Made by a program: the position numbers and the translations under genes. A stretch of 32,151 nt of DNA from a virus, in the IMG/VR virus record IMGVR_UViG_3300029387_000010. One strand, given 5' to 3'. This document shows positions 14,172-23,700 of this stretch, in pieces. Positions within the stretch are counted from its first letter, which is position 1. Every line of letters begins with the position of its first letter. The notes beneath the pieces were generated by a model that did not search any database, was not told where the DNA came from, and saw nothing but the letters and a program-made list of their open reading frames with translations.

Positions 14172-15604
14172 TGGAACTGAATTTTGGAATGGTAGTCGGA
14201 CTTCCGGAGGAAGAACAGAGCCAACTGAACGAAGTGAAATACATATACGATTACCATAGATCGGCTAACAGAAAGAAACGCCGGTACTATAATGGAAAAA
14301 TCACATTGAATGAAGTGAACCTTGGCATTGCATTGCCGTCAGGACTTGGACGATTGGAAATTGGATGTGCCTGGGGAGCAAAGACGGTAGATGTATTAGC
14401 TTCGCGGTCTATGTTCGATGGTTTCGTGACGGAGAATGGAACAAAGTCTGAAGATATGGATGAGATTATAAAGAGGAATCACCTGATCACGGAATATAAC
14501 AAAGCGGTGAAAGAAGAGCTGAAATACGGATGCTCATTTGCAGCTATTTCGGGAGAAGAAAGAGATGCGAAAGTACGATTTTATTCGCCACACTGTGCAG
14601 CGGCATCATGGGATGCGTATAATGGCAGAATCAAATGCGGATTCGCTTTCGAAGATGGGAGAAGAGATGAATCAGATTTTAATTGGTCTCCTGAACACGT
14701 GAATTTCTACACAGAAACAGATATATGGGAACTGGATCGAGAAGGTGGGACGTGGTATGCGACACAGCATCCGCATGAATTTGGAGAGCCGATGATGGTT
14801 GCTCTGATCTGGGACGCCACGCATGATAAACCATTTGGACAATCCAGGCTGAAAGAACCTATTCGAAGATTGATCCAAGGATATGTGCGGACAGTAGCGA
14901 ATGCGACGATTGGACTGGAATTTGCAACTTCACCGCAGAAATATTTGTTGGGTGTATCGGATGAGCAGTATGATATTCTGATTGCAGATAAGTTTAAGAG
15001 TTATGTTGGCAGCATTCTGCTGGGGACAAATAATCCGGAGACTGGTGAAAAACCGAATTTCGGGCAATTGTCGCAAGGAAACATAGAACCTCATGTACAG
15101 ATGCTCCGTATGCTGGCTACACAATATTCAGCCGCAACGGGACTGACTGTGACGGACGTTGGAGTAGTGAATGATGCCAATCCAACCTCCAGTGAAGCAA
15201 TCATAGCACAGTCACAGACCTTGATACTCATGGCAGAACAACTGAACAAGGCGAATGGAGATGGACTCTACAGAATAGCAAGAATGGCACTTGCGGTGGA
15301 GCTTGGAACAACTCCAGATGAATTGGAAGATGGAGCGCAAGACATTATTGCACATTTTAAGAATCCAGCCATGCCAAGTGTGGCATCTACTGCGGATGCG
15401 GCGATTAAGATTGCGACAGCGCGAGAGGGATTCGCACAGACGGATATATTCCTGGAAATGATCGGATTTGATCAGGCTGACATCCGAAGAATACGTGCAC
15501 AGGAGCAGAGGACGAAAGGAGCATCCATTTTGACGGAGGAATTTAAAGATGAAGATATCGACGAAGGCTTGGGTGGCGTACATAAAGAAGATGTCACAGA
15601 TTAG
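14171..15604 (+). CDS. Portal protein (SPP1 gp6-like)
   Basis: 477 aa, immediately after TerL (ATAATGG overlap). Size, position and acidic C-terminus are typical of portals. Confidence 0.88.
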   Translation: MELNFGMVVGLPEEEQSQLNEVKYIYDYHRSANRKKRRYYNGKITLNEVNLGIALPSGLGRLEIGCAWGAKTVDVLASRSMFDGFVTENGTKSEDMDEIIKRNHLITEYNKAVKEELKYGCSFAAISGEERDAKVRFYSPHCAAASWDAYNGRIKCGFAFEDGRRDESDFNWSPEHVNFYTETDIWELDREGGTWYATQHPHEFGEPMMVALIWDATHDKPFGQSRLKEPIRRLIQGYVRTVANATIGLEFATSPQKYLLGVSDEQYDILIADKFKSYVGSILLGTNNPETGEKPNFGQLSQGNIEPHVQMLRMLATQYSAATGLTVTDVGVVNDANPTSSEAIIAQSQTLILMAEQLNKANGDGLYRIARMALAVELGTTPDELEDGAQDIIAHFKNPAMPSVASTADAAIKIATAREGFAQTDIFLEMIGFDQADIRRIRAQEQRTKGASILTEEFKDEDIDEGLGGVHKEDVTD

Positions 15605-16529
15605 CGAGACGGCAGCTGATCTGATGCAGAAGTGGGTGCAGAAAAACGGATTCGGCAATGATAAAGCCCTATTGGATTACGCATTTGCACTTTCGCAGCA
15701 TTACGGACAGGCAATCGGAGCGTTGTCTTGTCAGATGTATGAGGCTACAGCGGCGGCGCAGGGTGCCGTAATTCCGACGGCTGAAATGGCAGAACTTCCA
15801 GAGTATGGAGAGGTGGCTAAAGCTATACACGGCACGATGAAGCAGTCACAGAACAATGTACCGGCGACAATTGCCAGACTGATAAAGCAGGTTGGGGCAG
15901 ATACGACATTGAAGAATGCCGGGAGAGATGGAGCGGAATTCGCCTGGGTACCACATGGAGACACTTGTGCTTTCTGTATTACACTTGCGTCCAGAGGGTG
16001 GCAGCGCATGTCAAAGCAAGCATTGAAAAAAGGGCATGCCGAGCACATACATGCACATTGCGATTGCGAATATGCTGTAAGGTTTGATGGAAAAAGCTCG
16101 GTGGCTGGATATGATCCAGAAAAATATGAGAGAATATATTACAATATGCCTGGAAAAAATTCACAAGACAAAATAAATTCTCTTAGGAGATTAATCAGCG
16201 GAAAGAATCCGTTGACATTGGATCAGGTGGAATTTATCATTGAATTAGAAGGAAATCCTGAGATTTTAGGTGGAAGGTCACCTCGACAATGGAAGAATTA
16301 CCTGGAATTTTTAGGGTTTGAGACAAAGCCACTTGGAGCAGGAAGCTTAAGAGGAATAAAATTCGAAGATGGTGGAGGCTATAGGATTAACTATAGAGGA
16401 GATGGGTATTTGCAGTATCATCCGGAAGGTAGACACCACAAAGTAGCATATTATAAAGTTTCGAACGCCAGAAATGGAACAAAGCGTTTTGACACGGAAG
16501 GAGTAGAGTTGGATGAAAGCAAACGTTGA
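15549..16529 (+). CDS. MuF/SPP1 gp7-like head morphogenesis protein with an extra C-terminal domain of about 110 aa
   Basis: FAWVPHGDTCAFCITLASRGWQ...HAHCDCEY is the MuF-type Cys/His signature. Residues from about 215 to 326 (...YLQYHPEGRHHKVAYYKVSNARNGTKRFD...) lie beyond the core. Confidence 0.8.
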   Translation: MKISTKAWVAYIKKMSQISETAADLMQKWVQKNGFGNDKALLDYAFALSQHYGQAIGALSCQMYEATAAAQGAVIPTAEMAELPEYGEVAKAIHGTMKQSQNNVPATIARLIKQVGADTTLKNAGRDGAEFAWVPHGDTCAFCITLASRGWQRMSKQALKKGHAEHIHAHCDCEYAVRFDGKSSVAGYDPEKYERIYYNMPGKNSQDKINSLRRLISGKNPLTLDQVEFIIELEGNPEILGGRSPRQWKNYLEFLGFETKPLGAGSLRGIKFEDGGGYRINYRGDGYLQYHPEGRHHKVAYYKVSNARNGTKRFDTEGVELDESKR

Positions 16530-16791
16530 AGCGATGAAAAATAAAATTGAAAAAAGAATTGCTGAAGAGAAAAAGCCTACGCTTGTAGAAAATAGAGTTT
16601 GTTTCAAAACAGTATCCGGAGGCTTTTTGAGGTTAGATGAAATATTTGGTGACAGTATAGTTATCGAATTTGCTGAAAACATGAGAGAAGCGAAAAACAA
16701 TAGGTTTGAAGATGGAGACATTTTCTTGCTGAAAGAATACAGTGAAGATGAGCTTGTTAACATTATTACGGAGGCTATTGAGACATATTAA
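16513..16791 (+). CDS. Small acidic hypothetical protein (candidate immunity partner of the MuF C-terminal domain)
   Basis: 92 aa. Overlaps the MuF gene end by 17 nt (translational coupling) and is followed by a terminator. Confidence 0.6.
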   Translation: MKANVEAMKNKIEKRIAEEKKPTLVENRVCFKTVSGGFLRLDEIFGDSIVIEFAENMREAKNNRFEDGDIFLLKEYSEDELVNIITEAIETY

Positions 16792-16822
16792 CCACTGATC
16801 AGAAATGGTTGGTGGTATTTTT
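16791..16822 (+). terminator. Intrinsic terminator-like hairpin plus T-run
   Basis: ACCACTGATC (16791-16800) pairs with GGTTGGTGGT (16807-16816), giving 10 bp including 3 G:U pairs. The loop is AGAAAT, followed by ATTTTTA. Confidence 0.5.
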
Positions 16823-16850
16823 ATACCTATTTTTCGGGAGGTGATGGAAC

Positions 16851-16919
16851 ATGGCTACATCAACAATGAATATTTTGATCATTTGTATTGCGGTATTTGC
16901 TATATGCAAATTCACATAG
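16851..16919 (+). CDS. Possible 22-aa hydrophobic peptide MATSTMNILIICIAVFAICKFT
   Basis: ATG 16851 lies 7 nt after GGGAGGTG (16836-16843), with stop TAG 16917-16919. It sits in an otherwise non-coding 230-nt gap. Confidence 0.3.
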   Translation: MATSTMNILIICIAVFAICKFT

Positions 16920-17024
16920 CAATTAAATGCAGATAATTTTAGCACGCAGAGATGCGTGTTATTTTTATGGCAACGCATGCCTTAAATGCGGTAACTATAA
17001 GCACTCAATCAGGAGGGAAACAAA

Positions 17025-17471
17025 ATGGCAGACGATAAAACATTTACTCAGGCTGAAGTGGATTCAATCATCGAGGGACGCCTCGCAAGAGAACATGAAA
17101 AATACGCAGACTATGACAGCTTGAAGGACAAGGCTGGTAAGTATGATGAGATGCAGGCAAAGGGAAAGACAGATCTTGAGAAAGAAAAAGAGAAGTCCAG
17201 CTCTTTGGAGGCTGAACTCAACAAGCTTAAAAAAGCTGACACTGTGAGACAGGCAAGAGAAAAAGTAGCAAAAGACACTAGCGTACCGGTGGAATTACTG
17301 ACAGGTGAGGATGAAGAAACCTGCAAGAAACAGGCAGAAGCAATTATGAAATTTGCGAAGCCGAAGAGCTATCCGGGAACTAGGGGAAACAGGGGACGTG
17401 CGACAGAACATCATGAAAAGGATGATGCAATGAGAGAATTTGCACGTCAGATTTTTGGTAAAGGAGAATAA
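17025..17471 (+). CDS. Capsid scaffolding protein
   Basis: MADDKTFTQAEVDSIIEGRLAREHEKY..., followed by a Lys/Glu-rich coiled coil. It is directly upstream of the major capsid gene (DUF4355-like pattern). Confidence 0.85.
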   Translation: MADDKTFTQAEVDSIIEGRLAREHEKYADYDSLKDKAGKYDEMQAKGKTDLEKEKEKSSSLEAELNKLKKADTVRQAREKVAKDTSVPVELLTGEDEETCKKQAEAIMKFAKPKSYPGTRGNRGRATEHHEKDDAMREFARQIFGKGE

Positions 17472-17476
17472 AGAGT

Positions 17477-18370
17477 ATGGCAGCATTAATTACATCAGAT
17501 TTTGAAATCCCGGCAGAGATTTCAACAGGAATTTTTGAAAAAGCGCAGAAGGGCTCGACCCTGGCGCAGCTGTCTGGGGCAAGACCTCAGAAGTTTGGCA
17601 AACAGCAGGTATTTGTACTGACTGCACCGCCAAAAGCGGAATTGGTAGGAGAAGCGGCACAGAAGTCACCAACGCCGGCGTCTTACTCATCAAAAACGGT
17701 TAATCCGTTCAAATTGCAGGTGACAATGAGATTTTCACAGGAAGTGCAGTGGGCAGATGAGGATACACAGATTGGAGTATTACAGGATCTGGCATCCAAT
17801 GCAGGTATTGCGCTTGGAAGAGCATTGGATCTCGTAGGTATTCATAAGATCAATCCGTTGACTGGCACAGTATCAGAACTTGTTAAAGAAGGTCTGATTG
17901 ATACAAAACAGTTAATTACACTTGTGGGTACAAAGTACGACGAAGCGGTAGAAGCAGCAGCGGGAACTGTAATCTCAGCCGGTTATACACCGACAGGAAT
18001 TGCAATGGATCCGGCGCTTTCGTTCGGACTGTCTACCATGAGAGATACAACTGGAAGAAAAATCTATCCAGAGCTTGGATTCGGGCAGAACATTACCAAC
18101 TTTGCAGGAATGAATGCAGCTGTTTCTGATACAGTATCAGCAAAGAATGAGATTAGCGTTGCATCTAAACTACTTGGGATCACAGGACAGTTTGATGCGT
18201 TCCGTTGGGGTGTGCAGAGATCCATTGGAGCACACCTAATTGAATATGGTGATCCGGACGGACTTGGAGACCTCCAGAGGAGCAACCAGGTTGCAATCCG
18301 TGCAGAGATTGTATACGGAATTGGAATCATGGACAGCAACGCATTTGCGAAAATTGTGAGTGGTGAATAG
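17477..18370 (+). CDS. Major capsid protein (HK97 fold)
   Basis: 297 aa, position after the scaffold, and a C-terminal pattern ...FDAFRWGVQRSIGAHLIEYGDPDG...AIRAEIVYGIGI typical of Firmicutes-phage major capsid proteins. Confidence 0.9.
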   Translation: MAALITSDFEIPAEISTGIFEKAQKGSTLAQLSGARPQKFGKQQVFVLTAPPKAELVGEAAQKSPTPASYSSKTVNPFKLQVTMRFSQEVQWADEDTQIGVLQDLASNAGIALGRALDLVGIHKINPLTGTVSELVKEGLIDTKQLITLVGTKYDEAVEAAAGTVISAGYTPTGIAMDPALSFGLSTMRDTTGRKIYPELGFGQNITNFAGMNAAVSDTVSAKNEISVASKLLGITGQFDAFRWGVQRSIGAHLIEYGDPDGLGDLQRSNQVAIRAEIVYGIGIMDSNAFAKIVSGE

Positions 18371-18371
18371 G

Positions 18372-18533
18372 ATGAAGTATTTGTATAAAAATACGGGCGT
18401 GGTAGTGGAGTCTAGCGTAGAGCTGGACCCCGCTATTTTTATGCCTTATAAAGAGCCCGAACCGGCGAAAGAAGAAAAGTCACAAGCAAAGACTCCTGCG
18501 AGAAAAACAGCAACAAGAACGAAAAAGAAGTAG
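18372..18533 (+). CDS. Small hypothetical protein with basic tail (53 aa)
   Basis: ATG 18372 lies directly after the capsid stop. Translates MKYLYKNTGVVVESSVELDPAIFMPYKEPEPAKEEKSQAKTPARKTATRTKKK, stop 18531-18533. Confidence 0.5.
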   Translation: MKYLYKNTGVVVESSVELDPAIFMPYKEPEPAKEEKSQAKTPARKTATRTKKK

Positions 18534-18541
18534 GTGCAAAT

Positions 18542-18919
18542 ATGGCTTATGCAACATTTGAAGATCTTATAAAACGCAAGCATTTGGAGACATCAGAAAT
18601 GGAGCGTTGCGATGCATTACTCGAAGATACAGCGATTATTATCGATGCGTACAATGCCAAAGCATCATCAGATGCAAAGAGGCTCGTATCTTGTAATATG
18701 GTAATCCGGGCAATTGGAAATTGCGATGAGAGCATCCCGATCGGAGCAACACAGGGAACGATGTCAGCGTTAGGCTATTCACAAAGTTGGACCAGTGCCG
18801 GTGGAAGCGGGGAATTATACCTAACAAAACTGGAAAAGAAGATCCTGGGAGCAGGAAACCACATCGGATTCTCGAATCCATATTCGAATATTCCGGATAA
18901 GGAGGTCTCGGATGATTAA
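18542..18919 (+). CDS. Head-tail connector (gp6/gp15-like adaptor)
   Basis: The N-terminus MAYATFEDLIKR...CDALLEDTAIIIDAY and the position after the capsid gene are typical of this family. Confidence 0.7.
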   Translation: MAYATFEDLIKRKHLETSEMERCDALLEDTAIIIDAYNAKASSDAKRLVSCNMVIRAIGNCDESIPIGATQGTMSALGYSQSWTSAGGSGELYLTKLEKKILGAGNHIGFSNPYSNIPDKEVSDD

Positions 18920-19244
18920 AGGAATGCCGGTTAAACTGTATGAACGGGTACTGTCTGGTACAGATGAATTTGACCATCCAGTGTACACTGAAACCCCGGT
19001 GATAGTTGAAAATGTGCTAGTGGCTCCGGCATCGACCACGGAGATTCTTGACACATTGAACCTGACTGGAAAGAAAGCAGTATACAACATTGCAATCCCG
19101 AAAGGAGATAGTCACACCTGGCAGGATTGCCGGGTAGATTTTTTTGGTCAGTCCTGGAGGGTGATCGGACTCCCGCAGCAGGGAATTGATGAGAATATAC
19201 CAGGTGCCTGGAATCAGAAGTGGATGGTGGAGCGGTATGAGTAA
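18912..19244 (+). CDS. Head closure protein (SPP1 gp16-like)
   Basis: 110 aa. Overlapping start. Conserved gene order in the head-tail joining block. Confidence 0.65.
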   Translation: MIKGMPVKLYERVLSGTDEFDHPVYTETPVIVENVLVAPASTTEILDTLNLTGKKAVYNIAIPKGDSHTWQDCRVDFFGQSWRVIGLPQQGIDENIPGAWNQKWMVERYE

Positions 19245-19464
19245 GAACAAGGTAAGAATCGAACTGAATCGCGCAGGTGTCAGAGAATTGATGCAATCGC
19301 CAGAAATGCAGGCGGTATTACTGGAACAGGCAAATAAAATAGCATCAGCATCCGAAACAGAGACTTATGTGGCTCAGACCAGAGCTGTTACAGCTGTGTA
19401 TGGGGATGATGGAAATAATGGATTGTTGAAGGCGGTTGGAAAACATGGTGGAAAAAACCATTAA
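19237..19464 (+). CDS. HK97 gp10-like head-tail joining protein (short)
   Basis: MSKNKVRIELNRAGVRELMQSPEMQAVLLEQANKIA matches the gp10-family N-terminal pattern. This is the internal ATG of the track ORF. Confidence 0.55.
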   Translation: MSKNKVRIELNRAGVRELMQSPEMQAVLLEQANKIASASETETYVAQTRAVTAVYGDDGNNGLLKAVGKHGGKNH

Positions 19465-19780
19465 GGATTATCTGCAAACTAGCCTGGGAATACCGGTTAG
19501 GCTAGAAGAGGAAGACAATCTCGGAAATGAATATGTATTGATTGAAAAGACTGGATCTGGCGCAGAAGACCATATCAAACGGGCGACGCTAGCTATCCAG
19601 TCTTATTCTATGTCCCTTTATGGGGCAGCAGAGCTCAATGAGCGAGTGAAAGAAGCAATGGGAAAAAGTATAGAACTGGATGATATCTGCAGGTGTGATT
19701 TAAACAGCGATTATAACTACACGGATACAAACCGCAAGAAATACCGTTATCAGGCGGTATTCGATATTGTCCATTATTAA
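19436..19780 (+). CDS. Tail completion/terminator protein
   Basis: 114 aa. Last gene before the tail tube gene. IKDYLQTSLGIPVRLE...YVLIEKTG...ATLAIQSYS is the typical pattern. Confidence 0.6.
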   Translation: MENMVEKTIKDYLQTSLGIPVRLEEEDNLGNEYVLIEKTGSGAEDHIKRATLAIQSYSMSLYGAAELNERVKEAMGKSIELDDICRCDLNSDYNYTDTNRKKYRYQAVFDIVHY

Positions 19781-19792
19781 GGAGGAAATAGA

Positions 19793-20350
19793 ATGTCAGA
19801 CGTGAAAAATGTAAGTGCTGCACAGCCGAAGGTTGGTGGCGCTATATTCCGGGCACCGGTAGGGACCGAACTTCCGACCGATGCTACAACTGAATTAAAT
19901 GCAGCATTTAAAGCGCTGGGTTATTGTTCAGAAGATGGAGTTACAAATTCGAATTCACCAGAGACAGACAACACGAAAGCGTGGGGTGGAGATGTGGTGC
20001 TGAATCTACAGACTAGCAAAGAGGACAGCTTTAAATTTAAACTGATTGAAGTGCTGAATGTGGACGTGCTAAAGGCGGTGTATGGAGACGAAAATGTGAC
20101 TGGTGATCTAGAAAGTGGGATTGTTATCAAGGCGAATAACAAGGAAGCAGAAGCGTGCGCATGGGTCATTGATATGATTCTAAAAGGAGCAGTGAAGAGA
20201 ATTGTAATCCCGTCTGCTTCAATTACAGAGGTTTCAGAAATTAACTATAAGGCAGAGGCCGTTGGATACGAAACGACAATCAAGGCGACTCCGGATGAAA
20301 CAGGACAGACTCATTATGAATATATCAAGAAAAGTGGAGGAGAAAAATAA
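19793..20350 (+). CDS. Major tail (tube) protein
   Basis: 185 aa, AGGAGG RBS, and N-terminus ...[37 protein letters not shown] typical of phi13/TP901-like tube proteins. Confidence 0.85.
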   Translation: MSDVKNVSAAQPKVGGAIFRAPVGTELPTDATTELNAAFKALGYCSEDGVTNSNSPETDNTKAWGGDVVLNLQTSKEDSFKFKLIEVLNVDVLKAVYGDENVTGDLESGIVIKANNKEAEACAWVIDMILKGAVKRIVIPSASITEVSEINYKAEAVGYETTIKATPDETGQTHYEYIKKSGGEK

Positions 20351-20616
20351 TGATTACAGGCATTACGGAAAGTGGGTTCGAATTCCAGCTGGATGAAGAG
20401 AATCTGGATAATTATGAGCTGCTGGAGAATCTCTGTGATATTGACAATGGAGATGCATCGAAAATTACAATTGCGGCGAATCAGCTGCTTGGCAAGGAAC
20501 AGATGAAAGCCCTGAAGGAGCATGTCAGAAATGAGAAAGGAAGAGTATCTGCGGCGAAGATGATCGAAGAGATCACGCAGATATTCAAGAATCAGTCAGG
20601 ACCAAAAAACTCATGA
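20350..20616 (+). CDS. Tail assembly chaperone (G-like)
   Basis: 88 aa, acidic, between the tube and tape measure genes. It ends just after a slippery heptamer. Confidence 0.8.
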   Translation: MITGITESGFEFQLDEENLDNYELLENLCDIDNGDASKITIAANQLLGKEQMKALKEHVRNEKGRVSAAKMIEEITQIFKNQSGPKNS

Positions 20617-20996
20617 TCCTCGCCCACATGATAAATACGGATGAAAATGCGTTGATCTGCGATCTGGCAGAAACGTATCACATCTATGATTATAAATCCC
20701 TACCATTGCACATGGTGGGGATTTTTGCATGTGGGTTGAGGCCTGATTCGAGAATCGGAATGAGGATATCTAACTCAAAGCTCACAACAGATCAGACAAT
20801 CCTCGCTCTAATCGCAGACAACACCAGAGCACTTGCTTGGTTGAACAGTGCGGATGGAGCAAAGGGGGTAAATAGACCAAAGTCTCTGATTGCGGCACTA
20901 CTTGATGGACAGACAGAAGAACGAGACATTGAAACATTTGAGTCCGGCCAGGACTTCGATGACGAGTGGAGACGACGGACAGGAGGTGATAAATAG
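20350..20996 (+). CDS. Tail assembly chaperone GT-like fusion product (via -1 frameshift at 20604-20610)
   Basis: The downstream frame is open from the slip site to TAG 20994-20996 and ends exactly at the tape measure start. This is the conserved G/GT arrangement of long-tailed phages. Confidence 0.65.
20604..20610 (+). other. -1 programmed ribosomal frameshift heptamer A_AAA_AAC
   Basis: Zero frame reads CCA AAA AAC TCA TGA. A -1 slip gives AAA AAA CTC ATG ATC..., which is the frame of ORF 20613..20996. Confidence 0.7.
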
Positions 20997-22864
20997 TGGC
21001 TACAGAACTTGCGAAAGCATATGTGCAGATTATTCCGTCTGCACAGGGAATCAGTGGAAAAATTCAGCAGGCAATAGACCCAGAGGCAGAACCGGCGGGG
21101 GCTTCGTTTGGAGGTAAATTAGTTGGAAAGTTAAAAGGGATTATTGCTACTGCAGCAATTGGAAAAGCGCTAGGATCAGCAATCAGTGAGGGAGCAAATC
21201 TTGAGCAAAGTCTTGGCGGAATTGAGACACTATTCAAGGATAGTGCTGACAAGGTTAAGGCGAATGCTGCGGAAGCCTATAGGACAGCCGGTATGAGCGC
21301 GAATGAGTACATGGAATTGACCACAAGTTTCTCCGCAAGCCTCCTATCAAGCTTAAGCAATGATACATCTAAGGCGGCAGATGTAGCAGATATGGCTATG
21401 ACCGATATGTCCGATAATGCCAATAAATTGGGAACCAACATGGAAGACATTAAGAACGCCTATCAGGGATTTGCGAAGCAAAATTACACGATGTTGGACA
21501 ACCTGAAGTTAGGTTATGGTGGTACCAAGACAGAGATGGAACGACTCCTTGCTGACGCTCAGAAAATCACTGGCGTGAAGTATGACATCAATAATTTGTC
21601 AGATGTGTATTCAGCAATCCATGTTATTCAGGGGCAGCTTGATATTACCGGAACAACTGCGAAGGAAGCGGCGACAACCTTAGCGGGATCGTTCGATTCC
21701 ATGAAGGCAGCAGCCAAGAATGTCATGGGAGAGATTGCGCTGGGAATGGATGTAAAACCGGCTTTGAATGCATTATCAGAGACGATTACTACATTTGTAG
21801 TGGGAAATCTTCTTCCGGCAGTATGGAATGTGCTATCAGCACTTCCGGGAGCACTTGTGAGCTTTATAGGAACTCTTATACCGCAGATTGTAACGGCATT
21901 GATGGAATTCGTACCGCAGGTGCAGGAACAAATTGTGGAAGCAGGACCACAATTCTATGAAATGGCAAGCAATATGATTAGTGGATTAAGCATCGGAATT
22001 CACACACAGCTCCCAAATTTGTTGCAGGATGGAGTCGAAATGCTTACAAATATCATAAACGGGATACTGCAGAATTTGCCGCAGCTTATAACGATGGGTG
22101 GAGAACTTATTATTCAGTTTTTGAATGCCATATTACCGGCATTACCGATGGTATTAGAAGCTGGCGCACAACTGTTGCTAAATATCGTAAATGGAATTAT
22201 CAATAATCTACCACAGATTGTCGTTGCAGTGGCGCAACTTATGATAAAATTTCGGGCAACAGTAGGTCAGCATCTACCACAGATTTTACAGACCGGAATT
22301 GAGATTATCGGAAAATTGGCAGCAGGACTCATCCGAGCAATACCGACACTGGTCGGAAAGATACCACAAATTATTACGGGAATAAAGTCGACGTTCTCGA
22401 ATGTCGATTGGGGATCGGTTGGTCATAATATTATCCGGGGAATCGCGAACGGACTTAAGAACGCAGGAAGCATGCTATGGGATGCGGTCAAAGGCGTTCT
22501 TGGAAGTTTCAAAGATAATGTGCTGTCATTCTTTGGAATTCGTTCTCCAGCACGCTGGGGCGTCTATGTAGGACGGATGATTGATGCAGGTTTCGCAAAA
22601 GGTGTTATCGGAGGTCTTCCAGCAGTGAATTCGGCAGTTGACCAGATACGTGCAGCAGCAATGAGCCCATTTGCGAACGCAAGCCTCAGCTATGACATGC
22701 AGGGGACAACAAACGTATCCAGAGATGCCGACCAGGAAACGGTTAATCGTCTGGATATTCTGATCGCGTTGTTACGAGCAATCCTAAATGGAAGAAACGA
22801 TGGAACATTTAGTGAGCGCGAGCTAGTCCGCGCACTGAGAGATATGGGGGTTGTATTTGCATGA
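20996..22864 (+). CDS. Tape measure protein
   Basis: 622 aa. GTG 20996 lies 7 nt after AGGAGGTG. Ala/Gly/Leu-rich helical protein with periodic LPQ(I/L) repeats in the C-terminal half. Confidence 0.92.
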   Translation: MATELAKAYVQIIPSAQGISGKIQQAIDPEAEPAGASFGGKLVGKLKGIIATAAIGKALGSAISEGANLEQSLGGIETLFKDSADKVKANAAEAYRTAGMSANEYMELTTSFSASLLSSLSNDTSKAADVADMAMTDMSDNANKLGTNMEDIKNAYQGFAKQNYTMLDNLKLGYGGTKTEMERLLADAQKITGVKYDINNLSDVYSAIHVIQGQLDITGTTAKEAATTLAGSFDSMKAAAKNVMGEIALGMDVKPALNALSETITTFVVGNLLPAVWNVLSALPGALVSFIGTLIPQIVTALMEFVPQVQEQIVEAGPQFYEMASNMISGLSIGIHTQLPNLLQDGVEMLTNIINGILQNLPQLITMGGELIIQFLNAILPALPMVLEAGAQLLLNIVNGIINNLPQIVVAVAQLMIKFRATVGQHLPQILQTGIEIIGKLAAGLIRAIPTLVGKIPQIITGIKSTFSNVDWGSVGHNIIRGIANGLKNAGSMLWDAVKGVLGSFKDNVLSFFGIRSPARWGVYVGRMIDAGFAKGVIGGLPAVNSAVDQIRAAAMSPFANASLSYDMQGTTNVSRDADQETVNRLDILIALLRAILNGRNDGTFSERELVRALRDMGVVFA

Positions 22865-23700
22865 TAGAAATCAAGTATGTATGCTCAAATGGAAAAGAGT
22901 ACAACCTGATCGGGGACCGGATGCGAGCGACATCCGGTTCTTTCCATGAGTATCAATGGAAGTCGATGACAACGGATCAGCAGATGGGTGTGGATGTTTA
23001 TGGATTTGAAAAAGAACCAAAAACATATCAGACCACGCTAACATTTCGTGGACCGCTGGAAGAGCGAAAAGCAAAGATGGACGAGCTGACCAATTGTTTT
23101 GAGTACGATGTTGTAAATCTCACTCCAGGACGAATATGGTTTGGAAGCTATTATATTGACTGCTATATTAATGAAATAACTACAGAAGTATCGTCTGTAA
23201 GAAATTGTTGGACGGATATGAAAGTTAGTGTTTATTGTCCATATCCGATGTGGACAATGGAGCAAACGAAAAGTTTTTATCCGGATGCGGCGGATAAAGG
23301 AGAACCTTACGAATATCTGGATTATCCGCATGATTATGCTTACGACTATTCGAAACCGTCATCCGGAACTGAACATTGGTATGTGGATCACTACAGAAGC
23401 AATAATTTCCGCATGACGATTTACGGACCGTGTGCGAATCCACGAATAATAATCAATGGACAAGTCTATCAGATTTACGACACACTGGAAGTGAATGAGT
23501 ATATTGTAATTGATTCGAGAAAAAAGACGATTATTAAGAGGCTTGCGAATGGAACGGAGCAAAATATCTTTTACAAGAAATCAGCAGGAAATTCAGTGTT
23601 TACGGAAATCCCTTCGGGCGATCTTTTGGTGAGCTGGAGCGGAGCATTTGGGTTTGATATTACGATATTCAAAGAAAGGAGCGTACCGAAGTGGATCTGA
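22861..23700 (+). CDS. Distal tail protein (Dit)
   Basis: 279 aa, ATGA overlap with the tape measure stop, canonical position. Confidence 0.75.
   Translation: MIEIKYVCSNGKEYNLIGDRMRATSGSFHEYQWKSMTTDQQMGVDVYGFEKEPKTYQTTLTFRGPLEERKAKMDELTNCFEYDVVNLTPGRIWFGSYYIDCYINEITTEVSSVRNCWTDMKVSVYCPYPMWTMEQTKSFYPDAADKGEPYEYLDYPHDYAYDYSKPSSGTEHWYVDHYRSNNFRMTIYGPCANPRIIINGQVYQIYDTLEVNEYIVIDSRKKTIIKRLANGTEQNIFYKKSAGNSVFTEIPSGDLLVSWSGAFGFDITIFKERSVPKWI

Noticed and set aside
21900-22400. Periodic LPQ(I/L)/NGI(I/L)NNLPQ repeats in the tape measure gene as possible repeated DNA or mobile sequence
   Set aside because: The repetition is at the protein level with degenerate period and divergent DNA. This is normal for tape measure proteins.
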